64,000 nt of DNA, from the NCBI GenBank assembly GCA_951406725.2, contig OX597817.1, positions 148,118,001 to 148,182,000 of the forward strand, written 5' to 3'. Positions 25,979 through 40,592 of this stretch are shown piece by piece; the stretch's first letter is position 1, and each line of letters starts with the position of its first letter. This DNA is from Octopus vulgaris. Taxonomy: Eukaryota. The notes beneath the pieces were generated by a model. The model was not told where the DNA came from. It did no database searches and saw only the letters and a list, made by a program, of their open reading frames with translations. Position numbers and translations under genes: made by a program.

Positions 25979-26426
25979 GGATCTTTTCGGTTTGAACGGC
26001 GGTTTTTTCTAGCGGTGTCATATGAAATTGTCACACATAATTTTGACCCTAGTATCGATCTATTGCATTTCAATCTGTTATAGGGTTAGGGTTAGAGTTA
26101 GGGTTAGTTAGAGTTGATTAGGGTTAGGGTTGGGTTGAGGTGCATTTTTATTTCTTCAGAAATGTAAATAAACCCAATCTGTGTCTTAAACGAGGGACAG
26201 ATTCATACGGCACAGAATGTTTTCACCTCAATAGACATCATTGATTGGTGAAAATTGCAGAAATTGAAGAAAAAAACAACAAATATCTTACAAACTATAG
26301 AATTTTCTCAATAAAGCCAAGAGAAAAAGATGTTTTATAAACACATTCTACCAGTATACGAAGTTTAAAAGTGTTTAGTTACGTGGAAATTATTTTAAAA
26401 AGCTGCCGTTCAAACCGAAAAGATCC
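25979..26426 (+). mobile_element. MITE with 22-bp TIRs and internal (TTAGGG)-like repeats, copy 1
   Basis: GGATCTTTTCGGTTTGAACGGC / GCCGTTCAAACCGAAAAGATCC; imperfect TSD TAGAAAAT/TAGAACAG. Confidence 0.9.
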
Positions 26427-29142
26427 TAGAACAGTTTCAATGTAGTTGTCAACAGCCTTCAAATTTTCTAGTTAGACTGATTTAGTAGTATTTCTCATTC
26501 TATGATTTTCTTGTATTTTTGTATGTAACATCTTACCTAATTCTTAGCTATACATTCTCCAACATTGGTTTTAATTAACTTTTAGATTTCTACATAATTT
26601 TTGGTATTTCCAAGTATCTCACAGCTACCTGTTAACATAGCATTTACGTTGTAAGTGTTAGTTTCCCTAAAATCAGAAAAACAAATTTGTTGCTATTTGT
26701 ATTAAATTTCTTTCATTCGTCAATAGATATTTTTTTGCTTCTACAGGAAATATTTTAAAACTGTTTTCTAATTGAAGAATACACTATCTTCTTTGTGTTT
26801 ATGCTATTTTATACTGGATGAACTGCGATATATATGTGTGGATATGTTTATCTTTGGATCTAACGTCTAAAAGGTCTCACGTCATTGCTGATGTGGAAGT
26901 GTAGCGATACAACATTTGGGTGGTAAGGGCTATACACATTTGAATACTATGAAACAGAAATTATCACGTGACTTCTGACATGGAAACATAATGTCGTATT
27001 ACATGGCGGTAAATTCTATATAAATTCTACTACAATAAAAATGGCAATATAGGAGCCAAATATATTTCTAACCTGATAAAAACTCTCTCAGTGTCTTGAA
27101 ATGCAAATTATAGATATTGCGGCTTTATTGTTCCAGACAATCTGTAAATGTTAATTTTCAAAATAAATTTTCTTTGATGAGTCAAATATTTCTTGTCTTA
27201 GGCGTTCTTTGAACTTGAATACTTATTTGTTATTATTTAACATTTATCTGTCTGTCAAGATAAAAATATTCATTGAATCGTTTTTAACTGAAAATTCGAT
27301 TAAAAATTTTTGGTGCTTGGAGTGAAGTTTTCTTATGTTTGTCATATTGTGTGTTACCCAAAGTAGCTTGTGCTTAGTATGCTTCCTTTATACATTAATT
27401 GTAATTATCTGGAAATAGTGATAGATACAACAGCTTCCAGTATTGCGATGACGGTCATAATTTTATGCTTAGACTTAGTTATGAGTGTATAATTTTCATT
27501 GAGAAAATAGTTCATTGTTTTGTAGGAACCTCAAGCAATCTTAATTATTTAATTCGAACTGGATTCACCTATACATTGTTCTCATATACAAAAATGTCCA
27601 TCTTTAGATTTTTCTACTGTTACATATTTTAATTATTTATATTTACATCTTCACTGGTGCAGTTATAATATGGCTTTGGTTTATCGAATATACCGCGTGC
27701 CTAATTAAATTTCATCTTGTAATATTAAACAAATCTGCCTGATCTATTTTTCTCATTCATGTTGTAAATTTTTATAACTATAATATTTTCTTCTCTAATT
27801 TTGTTACTTTTGGCGTTGATATTTTTTTCAAGGTTTCAATTGTATTACGTGTTCCACATTTTAAGCTCTGTATCTCTGTTTTTTTGTTTTTTTTTTCATC
27901 AAATATGCTTCTTCTTCAATTTGCTGACAATCTGTATCCCAAGTTATTTATTAATCAGAATTCTTTATCAAACTTTTGAGTTTGAATGTAACATCAAAAT
28001 AGACTGAAAAAATATTACTTCATATACATGTAGATATTTATTTGATGGAGGTGAAGTGTAAAGTTCAGACAATAAATTTATAATATCCCCGAGGTCGTTG
28101 AACACATGTTTTGTTCCAGATAAAGTGGGCGATTACATTTGATAAGTTTCGCATATATTCATAATATTCGTATATTTTCTTACAACAAAATCTGGATATT
28201 CATTCCATATTTGTCAGTGACAAATGAGATAACCTCCTGTACAATCGTATATATTTACTCGTAGTACTACCATTAGTTGATAAGAATAAATATAGTGAAG
28301 TTTAATGCTTCGCAAATGAGGTCATAACAAGACAGAAAGATATCCCGTGTTGTCTCTCATACTTGCCGAAAGACATGAAAATATTAGAAATAGATTTAAA
28401 ATTTATTTTACCTCACCACGTTCTTATTTGCAATAAACATTTGATGTTGCTTGTATTTAATACATTCATACTAACTTAATCGTTGGTTATCTTGATTTTC
28501 ATGTTTGCTTTCAAATTCAATTTGTAAGTTGTTGATTTGTTTTGTTCGTCATAAGTGTGTTAGCAAGAGATTACCAGCCGGCGCCACATGAAAACATTAA
28601 GAATACAAATGTTACACAATCAGCAATATAATTCAGATAATACGTTAATGCATTATTTAAGTCTGTACGTATGGGTGTTTTTGTTAGTTGTTTTTCTTAA
28701 CTTATTATTTCATCATGTCATTATATATTTTACTTAGCGGTGAATTAACAATGCCGGTTCTTATATTGCCTAGTAATACTTTGTTTTAGGAAGAATACAG
28801 TCTATGACGAAATTCTGTGATGTTAAATGTATTGAATGCTTATGTGAGATTGCCAATATTTCTAGGTGGTGTTTTGGTTGTATACTGTATTGATTATTAT
28901 ATTAAATAATTAATTTGATTATAGTTGTTGTTTTGAAAGTTAATCATTTGAACAGATGCAGTTAAAATGCATTTTCGGCTTTTGCTTGTAGATAAAGAGA
29001 TATGTGACGTGGGCAAAAATCTGCACATAGATTTATATATTCATATCTACATGGTTATCTCTCTACTTAGCCAGATTGCTAGTTTATTTATCTATCTCTA
29101 TACACACGCAGACACAGATACGCACGCGCACACACAGACGCG

Positions 29143-29247
<105 letters not shown>

Positions 29248-29298
29248 GTATGTATATTCAGGTTTCTCTCTCTCTTACTCTCTCTCTATATATATATG

Positions 29299-29330
<32 letters not shown>

Positions 29331-29417
29331 GAGAGGAGAAACGCGGTTATATATGTATGTATATATAAAATTAATCAAAATAATTAATCAAAATAAAAAC
29401 ATGATGCCAAGGATTCA

Positions 29418-29495
29418 GCGGTACATATGTTTCGGGCCTTTATTAGACGGATTTATAACAATGCATAATGTGTGTCTATGGCCTTCTTCAGCCGC
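29418..29495 (-). ncRNA. Type I hammerhead ribozyme
   Basis: GCGG-CTGAAGA-aGGCC...GGCCc-GAAA-CATATG-TA-CCGC: helix I GCGG/CCGC, helix II GGCC plus TAGAC/GTCTA, palindromic ACATATGT helix III. Confidence 0.8.
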
Positions 29496-30920
29496 GCACA
29501 ACTACTACCTCAAGGACATGTAAAATCAAAATGTACATCAAAAATTCTACGTTGGGGATGCAAATCCTCTCATTCGCGTACGACATAATGCGGCAACAGC
29601 ATAAAAATGAAGCGTCCATCTCGTCCTTCTCTCAATGTAGAATGAGGAAGTTTGGATGTTGAGGTAATATAAATAAATGAATAAATAAATATATACATAT
29701 ATAAATACAGACAGACGTGAAGGAACCTGGTAATAAGAGCAAATAGGGATAAAGATGGAGGGGCGAGAATTCAGGACGAAGGATAAAAAAATATATTAAA
29801 AAATATATAAAAAAGTGAAAAATAAGAATGTGAGTATAGAAAAATCTAAAAATGTAGAGTATAAAGATATAAAGAGTATAAAAAAATATTTTAAAAATAT
29901 TTAAAAATATAAATGAATATAAAGGTATTAAGTTATAAAAAAAATAAATAAATAAAAAATAAAAAAAAATAAAAAAATAAATAAAAAATAAAAAAAAATA
30001 AAAAAATTATCAGAAATATAAAGGGTATAAGAGTGTAGGAATGTAAAAGAATATAAGGATAAGGGATATAAAGTAGTTACGGACCGACATGGTGGTCAGG
30101 AAAATGACAAATTCTGGTTGTAGAAGCCTTGGGTGTCATAAATAAACCGGGGCGTCTGGGGACCTAGTGTATTGTAAATTAGAGTTGTTTGGTTAGGCCG
30201 CTTATCTAGTTCTTCGTAACGTATTAAGTGGTCATCATGTACATACGTACACGCATGGATATATACACCCATATACACGCGCACATATACGCACGCATAC
30301 GCAACTATACGCATACAAGCATACATACGTACTCTCGTGTAAACATATACAGATATATATGGAAAAAGGCGCATGTAGTTGGGTACACGAACCGACGCGC
30401 ATACGTACGTACATACATACACTCACATGCGATCATATAGGCACACTCGCACTTACACGCATGTACAAGACGAAGTGGATCTCTATGCGTGTGGGCAGGA
30501 ATATGTATACACCTGCACTCGCGTCCACCCCCACGCACATGGGGGAGTAGATCCCTATGCCTATACACAAAAGTGTGCATATGCACTGACACAGGTATAA
30601 CAAAAAGATCCGTTCTCGCACACGGGCGAGATACGGAGTCATAGTGGGTACAGAAGGTAGACATGAACGAAAGAAACTTGCGGGCAAAAGATTTTAACAG
30701 AATATGCATACACACATATATATATACACACACACACACACATACGCATATATATATACACATATATGTATATATATATATATGTACATATATACATAGA
30801 CACATATACACACATATACATACACACACATACACACACCCATACCCGCACACGCACATATATATATGTGCATACATACACACCCACATGTACATACATA
30901 CACGCATATATGCATACACA

Positions 30921-31292
30921 CGGACCCACGCACACGTATCCACACGCACACACACACACACCTGTGTGTCTATACGTGTGTGTGCACATACACTTACATA
31001 CACATACACAGACACACACACATATAGGTATAGGTATAAGATATTAAAAGATATTAAAAGATGTATAAAAAATGTATATATGTATATAAGAAATCTACAA
31101 ACGCATGTAAAAAAACGGACCCGCGCACACGTTCCACACGCACACACACACACATCTGTGTGTCTATACGTGCGTGTACACATACACTTACATACACATA
31201 CACAGACACACACACATATAGGTATAGATATAAGATATTAAAAGATGTATAAAAAAATGTATATAAGAAATCTACAAAAGCATGTAAAAAAA
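30921..31292. repeat. Tandem duplication, two units of about 180-195 bp
   Basis: CGGACCC...AGAAATCTACAAA.GCATGTAAAAAAA occurs at 30921-31115 and 31116-31292. Confidence 0.9.
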
Positions 31293-31990
31293 TTTATTAA
31301 AAAAGTATAACGGGGGGGGGTACACATATAAACACAGATATTTACTCATATATACGCACACACATATATACATATACATACATACACAGATACACGTATA
31401 ATCATAAAGCGGATACATAGATAAGTAAATAAGGAAAAAAGCTAAAAATAGACATATATAGAGATATAAAGTGGTAAAATAGGGGTAAAAATAGGAGTAA
31501 GAATAAGGGTAAGGATAAGAATTAGAAATAAAAATAAGAAATAAAATATAAAAAAAATAAAGAATAAAGTAAAATAAAATAAAATAAAATAAAATAAAAA
31601 TGTAATCGGGTAAAGCTTAACATGAAATGAAGGTAAAAATAAAGGGTGGTTGAAAATGTAAAGTTATAGGTGTGTTTTAAAGGTGACCACGTAGGGGCGG
31701 GCGGGGTTAACTGGAAATTGGAAGGGTGGGAAGCGGGGTTTGGTGGTGTGCGCTCAACATCAGAGCCAGAAAAAAGGAAAAAGGTATAGATATAGGGAAA
31801 CAAAAAATCTAGATAGGAAGAAGGTAGGTGTAGGAGAAGAAATATATAGGAGAAAACATATATGGGAGACAAAATATGTAAGACAAAATATGTATATATA
31901 GGAAAATATATATAGGAAAACGAGATGCGCTGGAGCCGACAGGTTGCACTTGGGTGGGAAGAAATTGCATGGGGGAGTTGGTATAATAGC

Positions 31991-32925
31991 CTAAGTTTTG
32001 TAGTATTTGAAAGTATTAATAAGTTTGTGTATACAAGACGGCTAGAACTCTGACCTTTTGTTAATAAGATTGTGTTTCTCCTTGAATTTCAAGATATTCA
32101 GGAGTTCTACACAACATAGTTGGCATCCTGCTCTGTTATTTAAATAAGGTGCAGTTGATCCGATGATGGACCACCTGAGTTTGAAACCTATGCTTTTGTC
32201 TTTTAATTCCCAAATTTTCTTAGAAAGGGAGGTGCTGCTAGCTTTATGTCTATGTTTAAACGAGGACCGGTGGTTGTAGTATCTAGATTTCCAGGAGGTC
32301 GAGCAACCTATGTAGGTGAGTGTGTTAAACTGGGTACTCACCTCACATGAATAGATTACGTTTTTCGCCCTACATACACCACGTAGCGGACACTCGGATG
32401 CACATATGCAGTTGCAGTGCACTGCATTTCCCGGTCGTGTGCTGTTAGTCCTAGGCGTAGGTGTTGCATTAAGTGTAGGGGCACTGTTATCCTCCTGGTT
32501 GTTGATGGGTGTGGTGTTGCCTCTGTTGTGTTGGCGGGTGTTATTACTAACTGTTTGGGTGTTATGGTTGCCAGCCCGATTATATAGACTACTGTCTGGA
32601 TGAATAGGGTTCGATTGGTTGTTATAGCCTGCTCTTAATCTAGCTGTTCTAATGGTAATATAGTTATGCTTAGCTATGAGGCAGCTCATGTTGGGCAGGG
32701 TAGAGTAGGAGATCCTAATGGTTTTGTTGGAGAAGATACTTCTATACTTATGGGTGGGTGGAAAGTTGTTGGAAATGATAGAGAATATTCTCTTACATAA
32801 TTTACCCTTAACTGCTATGTTGTATGGTATGTTGTACCATATATATTTGCGTAATCTACTATTTCCGCCTCTATTTCTCCTAATATGATCTGTGTTGCTC
32901 TCGTCGGAAGGGTTATCATTGTGTA
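31991..32925 (-). pseudogene. Naiad-type linker and GIY-YIG endonuclease
   Basis: RKYIWYNIPY, CNCICASECPLRGVC, NVIY...TYIG, RYYNH, CQLC; premature TAG at 32042 before an in-frame PSCIHK. Confidence 0.9.
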
Positions 32926-34187
32926 CTATTCTATTGGTTCGCCTTTTTCTATACGTTGCTTAGAAGTTAAATTAGAATTAGCGTTAGCTTGGGTTGAATA
33001 CGGAGTTCGTTTATAAGTGGGAGTTTTACAGCTGACGGACGTTCCTGGAGGGTCTACATAGGATATTCTCTGGGTATACCCAGCACTAGAGAGAGCCTGG
33101 TTGTAGTCTTGTGCGTGATTATTGAATATATCTCTGTTAGAGGATAGCTTAGTGAGTCTGTCTGAGACGGCTTGGACCGTGGTGCTAATTATACAGGGTG
33201 GGTGGTTGGAAGAGGTGTGGATATATTTAGTCGTTTCTTCGGGTTTCCTATACGGGTGGTGAAGGTGCTTATTCAAGTCTAACGTAACATCTAAGAAGTT
33301 TACTATTTTTGTGTTAGTCATAAATTCTAGTTTAAGATTGAAGGATTTGAAAAATAGTCTGATCTTTTTCCTAATTCTTTCTAGTTTACTCGTATTGTTA
33401 GTGGGGTATATGAAGAGAGCGTCATCCCCGTATAGACCCCCCTGTAGATCCGGTACCTCGGAGAAAAGCTTCTTGAGTAGGTAGGCCCCGACCAAGTCAG
33501 TCACCTGAGCTGAATCGCTCGAGCCCATAGCCACATCAAAGTTTTCGGGGGTATCGGATCTGGTCCAAAGTTTACCGTCGAATTCTATTATAGTTTTTCT
33601 GGCTAATAGTATTATGTCGATTTTTTCTCTGTCTATGAGCGAAAGGCTGCGGGCATATATAAGGGATTTGTTAAGTAAGATGTAGGATATACTGGCGTAG
33701 TATTTAGCTATGTCAAACTGGATGAATGAGTAGTTGGGTCTGTTGGTGATTGTGTTAAACCATTCAAGCACATCGTTGGTGTTAATCCATAGTTGGAGTG
33801 GGATGTGGGGTTTGATGTGTGGGATCACCTTGTCCAGGATAGTCTTACTGAGTCTGCCTATATCCGATTTAGTCGGACAGATTAACCGTACTCCTACGTT
33901 ATCCGGGAAGTCTTTCTTGTGGTCCTTAATACTGATTTTGGGTACCTGTGGTTTGATCGGTTCCGTTCTGTCTAGGAGGTCTAATTTGGTCATAACTTCT
34001 TTGATTTTGTAGTTAATTTTCTTAAGGTTATCTGTAGAAGTAGTTTTATATTTTTTGCTAAGCTCTCTCATGATGAGCGATTTGTAGGTTTGGTAGTCCA
34101 ACCTATACCAGTTCCCAGTCTTGTCAGCGGGTAGGATAAGACTATCATCGTTCCTAAGCGAATGCAGGAAATCTTTAAGGATCCTTA
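32926..34187 (-). pseudogene. Naiad-type Penelope reverse transcriptase
   Basis: PADKTGNWY, KDHK, RLICPTKSDIG, FDIAKYYASI, FDVAMGSSDSAQ, GLYGDD, NFLDVTL, SNHPP; out of frame with the endonuclease part. Confidence 0.92.
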
Positions 34188-34435
34188 AGTGGGTATATAT
34201 ATATATATGTGTGTGTATATATATATATATACATGTGGAAGCTGAAAAGTTTGGCGCTTCACACACTGTTCGTTTCCACAGTGTCTTGATGATCTGGGAG
34301 CTATAGTACAGTAGAAGAGGACATGTTCCTAACTTCCGGCACAGTGAGAAGGAACGTGAAACTACATGGTTACGAAGCGAACACCTTAAACACAGAGCTG
34401 CGCTGGCCACTATATATCTCTGCACACACAGATAT

Positions 34436-34510
<75 letters not shown>

Positions 34511-35672
34511 TATATATATGTGTGTGTGTGTTCGTATATTATTATACGTAGATGTTCCTGGCTTAATAAATAGTGTTACACTCATGATCGGTAGATTGTT
34601 TCAATTCGTAAACCAGGCGACTCGTGTTTATGGTCAAAACGCTTCGTTTCACGTTATTCCAATGCTCTCAGCTGTCAAACATTAGTACTCCGGCGGTCCT
34701 TCAGGTTTTCTAAGTCCTGTTAAAGAACTTGGAAGGTTGAGCCTCCAGCCACGATCATTTCAACTAACCCTTGTAAATCTTTCTTATAACTCATCCATTT
34801 TGCGATATAAATAACAGAAGCAGTTTAATATTAAAATAACAACCTCCACGTCTCTCCTCCAGATCAGTAAACTATTTAGCATTTCCATCAGGACTATCTG
34901 ATGCAAATATTTTTCTACGAGTCACCATAATTCTTTTGTTAGCGTAATCACGCGAAACTTTTTATTCTGTAAAGCATTTGTATATAAACCCTGATGGTCA
35001 GTATCATCGGGGCTAGAATCATTCAGTGTCAAATATTAAATTTTAAATGAAGCATATTGAAGTCCAAAGTATGTAAAGATGCACTCTTCCTTCTCTCCCG
35101 CATATAAAGCTGCGGGCGTAGCTGTGTGGTCAGAAATTTGCTTTTCAACCATATCTTTCCGGGTTCAGTCCTACAGTATGGGACAAGTTTCTTCTACGTT
35201 TTTTCAACTGAAAGAAGTCCCTATTGCATGTGTGTATGTATGATACATATATATATATATATATACATATATGTGTGTGTGTGTGTGTGTGTGTATTTAT
35301 TCCCACCACTGCTTAACAACCGTTTTAATGATAAATTTGGGCTCACGCACACACATTCAGACACACTTACTCACACACTTACAAACACGCGCACACACGT
35401 GCATTGAAAATTATTAAATGTTTCTTCGGAAATTTCCTAAATGGAATGCAAGATTTTTGTGTCCAGCGATTTTGTGTCAAATTTTACAGCTTAATACTGT
35501 GGTCCATCTTCGAGTTCCAAGCGTTTAGTTTCACATTTCAACAAGAAATTCTAAACAATTTTCAAGAAGACACTGTTACTTCCTTACCGTAGTAAACCAA
35601 TTCCCCTTTCTTTTGCGTTTATCTTATATTCCGCGTGGAACGGATATACAAACGCAGCAAAAATAAATACCA

Positions 35673-36040
35673 TTACTCTTTTACTCTTTTACTCGTTTCA
35701 GTCATATGAATGTGGCCATGCTGGAGCACCGCTTGTAGTCGAGTAAATCGACCTCAGGACTTATTCTTTGTAAGCCTAGTACGTAAACACACCAGCATCG
35801 GTTGTCAAGCGATGTTGAGGGGGTCAAATAGAGACACAAAAGCATATACACACTCGTACATATACATATATATATATATACATATATACGATGGGCTTCT
35901 TTCAGTTTCCGTCTACTAAATCCACTCACGACGCTTTGGTCGGCCCAAGGCTATAGTAGAAGACACTTGCCCAAGGTGCTACGCAGTGGGACAGTACCCG
36001 GAACCATGTAGTTTTTAAGTAAGCTACTTACCACACACGC
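35673..36040 (-). mobile_element. SINE family A
   Basis: Aligns by eye with other family A copies. Confidence 0.85.
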
Positions 36041-36626
36041 CATGTGAAGAAATACTTCATACCTAGAATCAGCAAAATTATACATATGAAATCTCACAGA
36101 AATATATGGATTTGGAGACACGAAATTCACTGATTTATCTCTTTAGTTTATTTTTAGAATGTTAGGCTACCAATATATTAAATATTTACAAATATTTACG
36201 AGTCCTATGAAGAAAGGGTATTAAATTATGTATACCTAAAACATAAGCGTTTGAAATGCTTCTTAGTAAATGCAGGAAGAATTGCAATAACTGACGCATA
36301 TTAATTATACAGTGTCACCACTTATCTGGATGTTTGTGCCCTGCGTTACATTCTATGCTAATATTTTATGCCCAAATGCGTCGGCCATATATAATTCTCA
36401 GTACAGACTGCTGGACACAAGATTAGAATGATAAGGTCAGTGAGGAAAATTACCCATATTTATGGTTATCGTTTCAAGTGCGAATTACGTAAGCGTTTAA
36501 AGAATTTTCTGTGCTATGTTAATGCCCTTTTAACACAAAAGTGGTTAAATATTTATTATTCAGTTTAAAGATACTTGTCCAACATTAAACAATGGTTATC
36601 AATCCCCCCTTCTCTCTCTCTCTAAC

Positions 36627-36957
36627 ACGATCGCAGTTTCGATTCCCAGTTGCGAGTGTTTATTGAGCGATAACACCTAAAAGCTCGACGAGGCTCCGAC
36701 AGGGGATGGTGGTGATCCCTGCTGTACTCTTTCACCACAACTTTCTCTCACTCTTACTTCCTGTTTCTGTTGTACCTGTATTTCAAGGAGCCGGCCTTGT
36801 CACTCTCTGTGTCACGCTGAATATCCCCGAGAACTACGTTAAGGGTGCACGTGTCTGTGGAGTGCTCAGCCATTTACACGTTAATTTCACGAGCAGGCTG
36901 TTCCGTTGATTCGGATCAACCGGAACCCTCATCGTCGTAACCGACGGAGTGCTTCCA
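36627..36957 (+). mobile_element. SINE family C, 5'-truncated
   Basis: Near-identical to the reverse complement of 56672-57060. Confidence 0.85.
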
Positions 36958-37606
36958 TACATATATACATTCATAAGTACATATTAAGCTTCAAGTGTCT
37001 GCGGCTTTCAAGACTTGGCAAAAAAGGAAAAGAAAAGAAAAAAGCTACGAGACGTCCAGGTGAATTTGTTGTAGAAAAATTTTAATGTGAGGTGAGAGTT
37101 CACTGATATCACAACAAGAAACGCAAATAAAGGTAGTCCTTCATTCATCAAGACTAAAAACGGAGATAGAGATGTGGAAATGAAATTACAATGAAATTAC
37201 CAATCCTGTGGTTCAAACACGTAAAATAAAATAAAATGACTGAGGCCAACCATATACACCTTGAAGACTCTTTCAAGAAGTTAAAGGCTTATAGCACCCT
37301 GGCATGACATTAGGGAAGATAGACATACAAGAATTTGGAATTCTTTGAACTTAAATTGAATATTAATAGATTATTTGGCATTCTCAGAAGATATATATAT
37401 ACTTTGTGTCGTAGGGTATGCGATTTTAACGGCCAAACTTGTCAAATTTCACAACATGGAGAAGCAAATTTTGACAGGACCTTGATGTGTGTACCTACCT
37501 TGAGGGAAAGGCAATGTGTAGGGGTTTCTAGGTTTGCAGTAAATTTAGAAACAATGCTGTAAAGTAAACTAAATTGTGTTAGTTGACTTTTAATAATGGT
37601 TCCATG

Positions 37607-38156
37607 TATGTGGTACGTTCAAAAAATATCCGATTTAATTTTTCCCATCAAAGCTAATGCCGCATGCGCAATACCATTTAGGTAGGAAGTGACATCACTC
37701 TTCCTGCGCATGTAGGGAAGCTTTCATGCCCGTAGGCCGAGTCAGTTCGCGGCTGTTACGACTACAATAGTCATATAGTGCGCACCTGTCGGATTTTCGT
37801 CCTTCACCGAACGCCCCGAGCAGAGATATCATGTCAGGTTTTGCAAGAGCTTCGTAATAATCAAACTATCCAGAAGATTCAGCAGGTCTATGGCGATGAT
37901 GCCATAGGCGAAACGCAGTTCAAGGAGAAGTAAAACCGTTTCAAGCATAGTTGCACCTTAGTGGAGAGCGAGGCACGCTCAAGCAGGCCATCCACAAGCA
38001 GAAACGAAAATCTGATGAGAAATAGCTAAGGAAAGCCGTCGTTTAACAATCCCGGAATTTACGCACGAAGTGGGACAAGATCAGTGGATTCCATTATAGC
38101 GAAGAATTTGTGTCGGTGAATAGATAAAGTCGGATCATTTTTTATTCAATCCCGTA
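37607..38156 (+). mobile_element. Internally deleted mariner element
   Basis: TIQKIQQVYGDDAIG...RFK...VESEARSSRPSTS N-terminal transposase relic; imperfect TIRs bounded by TA. Confidence 0.75.
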
Positions 38157-39254
38157 ATCCAAGCTTTCCTGGTAAGCTCCCAAGTAAAACACTGATACCA
38201 GCACATTGCACACAATATTCCAGGAGCAATCTTGGCTCTCTCCAAGTTTAGTAATGGGCCACGTCATAAAATGATTCTTTAAATATAAAGGTAATGAGAA
38301 ATATGAAAGAAATGAAGAAGTATGTTGTGATATTTATGGAACTTTTTACGGGCAAACGAACGTAACTCTTCCATATATTTTGTACATGAATAGTAAATGA
38401 AAACATTCTATTTATGGATAAAGAAATATAGAAACGTTAGAAATGAATGACAATCAAAATGTCACAAAAATAAATTTACCTTGAAATTTGGAGCGCAATT
38501 GTTAATAACATTTGCGTGATACTTACACCATTGACAATAAAATAAATGCTTAAATATTTAAAGCTGTTGATACAAATTTGTGGCAGCAAATAAATATATT
38601 TTTAACTAAATAGAAAGTGATTTCTAGTAGTAACACTTGAGTTAATCAATAAATGCTTCAAGAGAATTACAATGAAAATGTCACGTTAATTCTGTTATAT
38701 ATGGAAGGCAGATGAGTGAATAAAAACTTCAATGTTTCCATAATAGTTAAGTGACGAGCACTAAATGAAGCAAACAAATAACTGAAGTTATTGAACGGAA
38801 TCTTTAGCGTTTGCAATTTCAATGAGAAATATTTCTACTGTTTACATGTAAACAGATAAGGAAGCAAATATTTTTCAAACGAATGACATTGAAAATATCA
38901 TTGAACAAATTAACGTCGAAATACCGAGCAAAAACGAATGACGAAAAACTGTTTAATGAGCCTTTGTTTCCAAAAACTAATGATACCAAATTTGAGCGCG
39001 ACGTTTGTGTTTCTTGATGTTGTTAGCAATGCTCTATAAGGGACGTTATTAACAAATATGGTTGGTGGATATTGGAAGGCTTTAGTGAGAGATTTCATAA
39101 AAGCTTACAAGCGGTATAAAATGCTTTTATGAAAGATAAGGGTATATATCCTCTAAGAAGAATGGTCTATTTCTGTATGCAAAAATAAAACAAAGCAAAT
39201 GAAGTCGTTCCTGAAAGACATATTGAATTATGAAGCACAAAGTTTGATAGAAAT

Positions 39255-39695
39255 GGATCTTTTCAGTTTGACCGGCAGTTTTTTCTAGCGGTGTCATATG
39301 AAACTGTCACCCATAATTATGACCCTAGTGTCGATCTATTGCATTTCAATCTGTCTTAGGGTTAGGGTTAGATTTAGGGTTAGGGTTGGTGGAAGGGTAT
39401 ATTTTTTTCTTCAGAAATGTAAATAAACCCAATCTGTTTATTAAACGAGGGACATATTCACACGGCACAGAAGGTTTTCACCTCTATAGACGTCATTGAT
39501 TGGTTGAAATTGCAGAAACTGAAAAAAAAAAAAACAACAACAAATATCTTACAGAATATCTTAACTATAGAATTTTCTCAATAAAGCCAAGGGAAAAAGA
39601 TGTTTTATAAACTCATTCTACCAGTATACGAAGTTTAAAAGAGTTTAGTTACGTGGAAATTATTTTAAAAATTGCCGTTCAAACCGAAAAAATTC
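39255..39695 (+). mobile_element. TTAGGG-carrying MITE, copy 2
   Basis: Same body as 25979-26426; exact 8-bp TSD ATAGAAAT (39247-39254, 39696-39703). Confidence 0.9.
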
Positions 39696-40086
39696 ATAGA
39701 AATGTATATAGCCACTAAGTTGGTTGACTGTTCAGGGAAATGAGAACGTTTATCAACGTGGGTGACTCGTTGCAATTGACCGGCTTGTATTTGGTGTGGA
39801 TAAAATCATCAACTGTTGTGCTATAGAATCAAGCTGTTACGTAACCAGATCCTGTTACCGACCAATAATCGAAAGCTTTTCATAGACTGTAATAGAGACG
39901 AACTACTGTTTTAGTTTACCGTGGAAAGAAGCATTTAAATGTTAATTAATTCGTCCAGTTAGATCGTCAAGATATTCCTGATGTCGTAATCATTTCAGGT
40001 AGTTCATTTCGTTCGTCTCCATTCTTATTTAAATCTGCTATGATAACATTTTAACTTCATTCTACTAATTACCTATGGCCTAAACA

Positions 40087-40439
40087 TCTGTATATATAAA
40101 GGTATGTGTGTATTTGTGTGTGTGAAGTGTGTGTGTGTATGTGTGTGTAGGTAAATGTGATTTATGCACGTCCACCAATTTAGCACGAATGTCGCCCCAA
40201 TTTTAGGACATTCGTCATGACCCTAGATGTATTTTCGTCAACTTATTTTTCCCAGAGGCACCGGCGAATAGCAGTAAAGATAAATTTTCAACGAAAACTT
40301 TTAACAATTTTCAAGTCGGAGAAATCACCATTGTTTGCAAACAGGAGTTAAGTCCCCTTCTATCGACGAGTAAGTTTTTGTTAAGATTTTTGTTGTTTTT
40401 TCTTCCATCGAGGAAAAAAGTGTTTTGTTGATACACGGG

Positions 40440-40491
<52 letters not shown>

Positions 40492-40547
40492 ACACATATG
40501 CAATAGGTGTATGTACGTGTATGTATTTGTGTGTGTGTGTGTGTTGC

Positions 40548-40592
<45 letters not shown>

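Larger units (their letters stand above)
29331..34193 (-). mobile_element. 5'-truncated Penelope-like element of the Naiad type, between TA/TG microsatellites
   Basis: RT plus GIY-YIG relic, long 3' region and terminal hammerhead; 3' boundary approximate. Confidence 0.8.

Noticed and set aside
26080-26140. Telomere or chromosome-fusion scar
   Set aside because: TTAGGG units lie at the same position inside two copies of a TIR element
31991-32689. Selenoprotein-type Naiad
   Set aside because: The knuckle cysteines use normal Cys codons and the only premature stop is TAG, not TGA
34305-34380. Hairpin ATGTTCCT/AGGAACGT followed by GAAAC
   Set aside because: No convincing CTGANGA box or helix I; too degenerate to call
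34190-34503. N-terminal part (about 105 aa) of the 525-aa ORF as a novel RT fusion domain
   Set aside because: Chance read-through of flanking microsatellite and unrelated DNA; RT similarity starts near 34187
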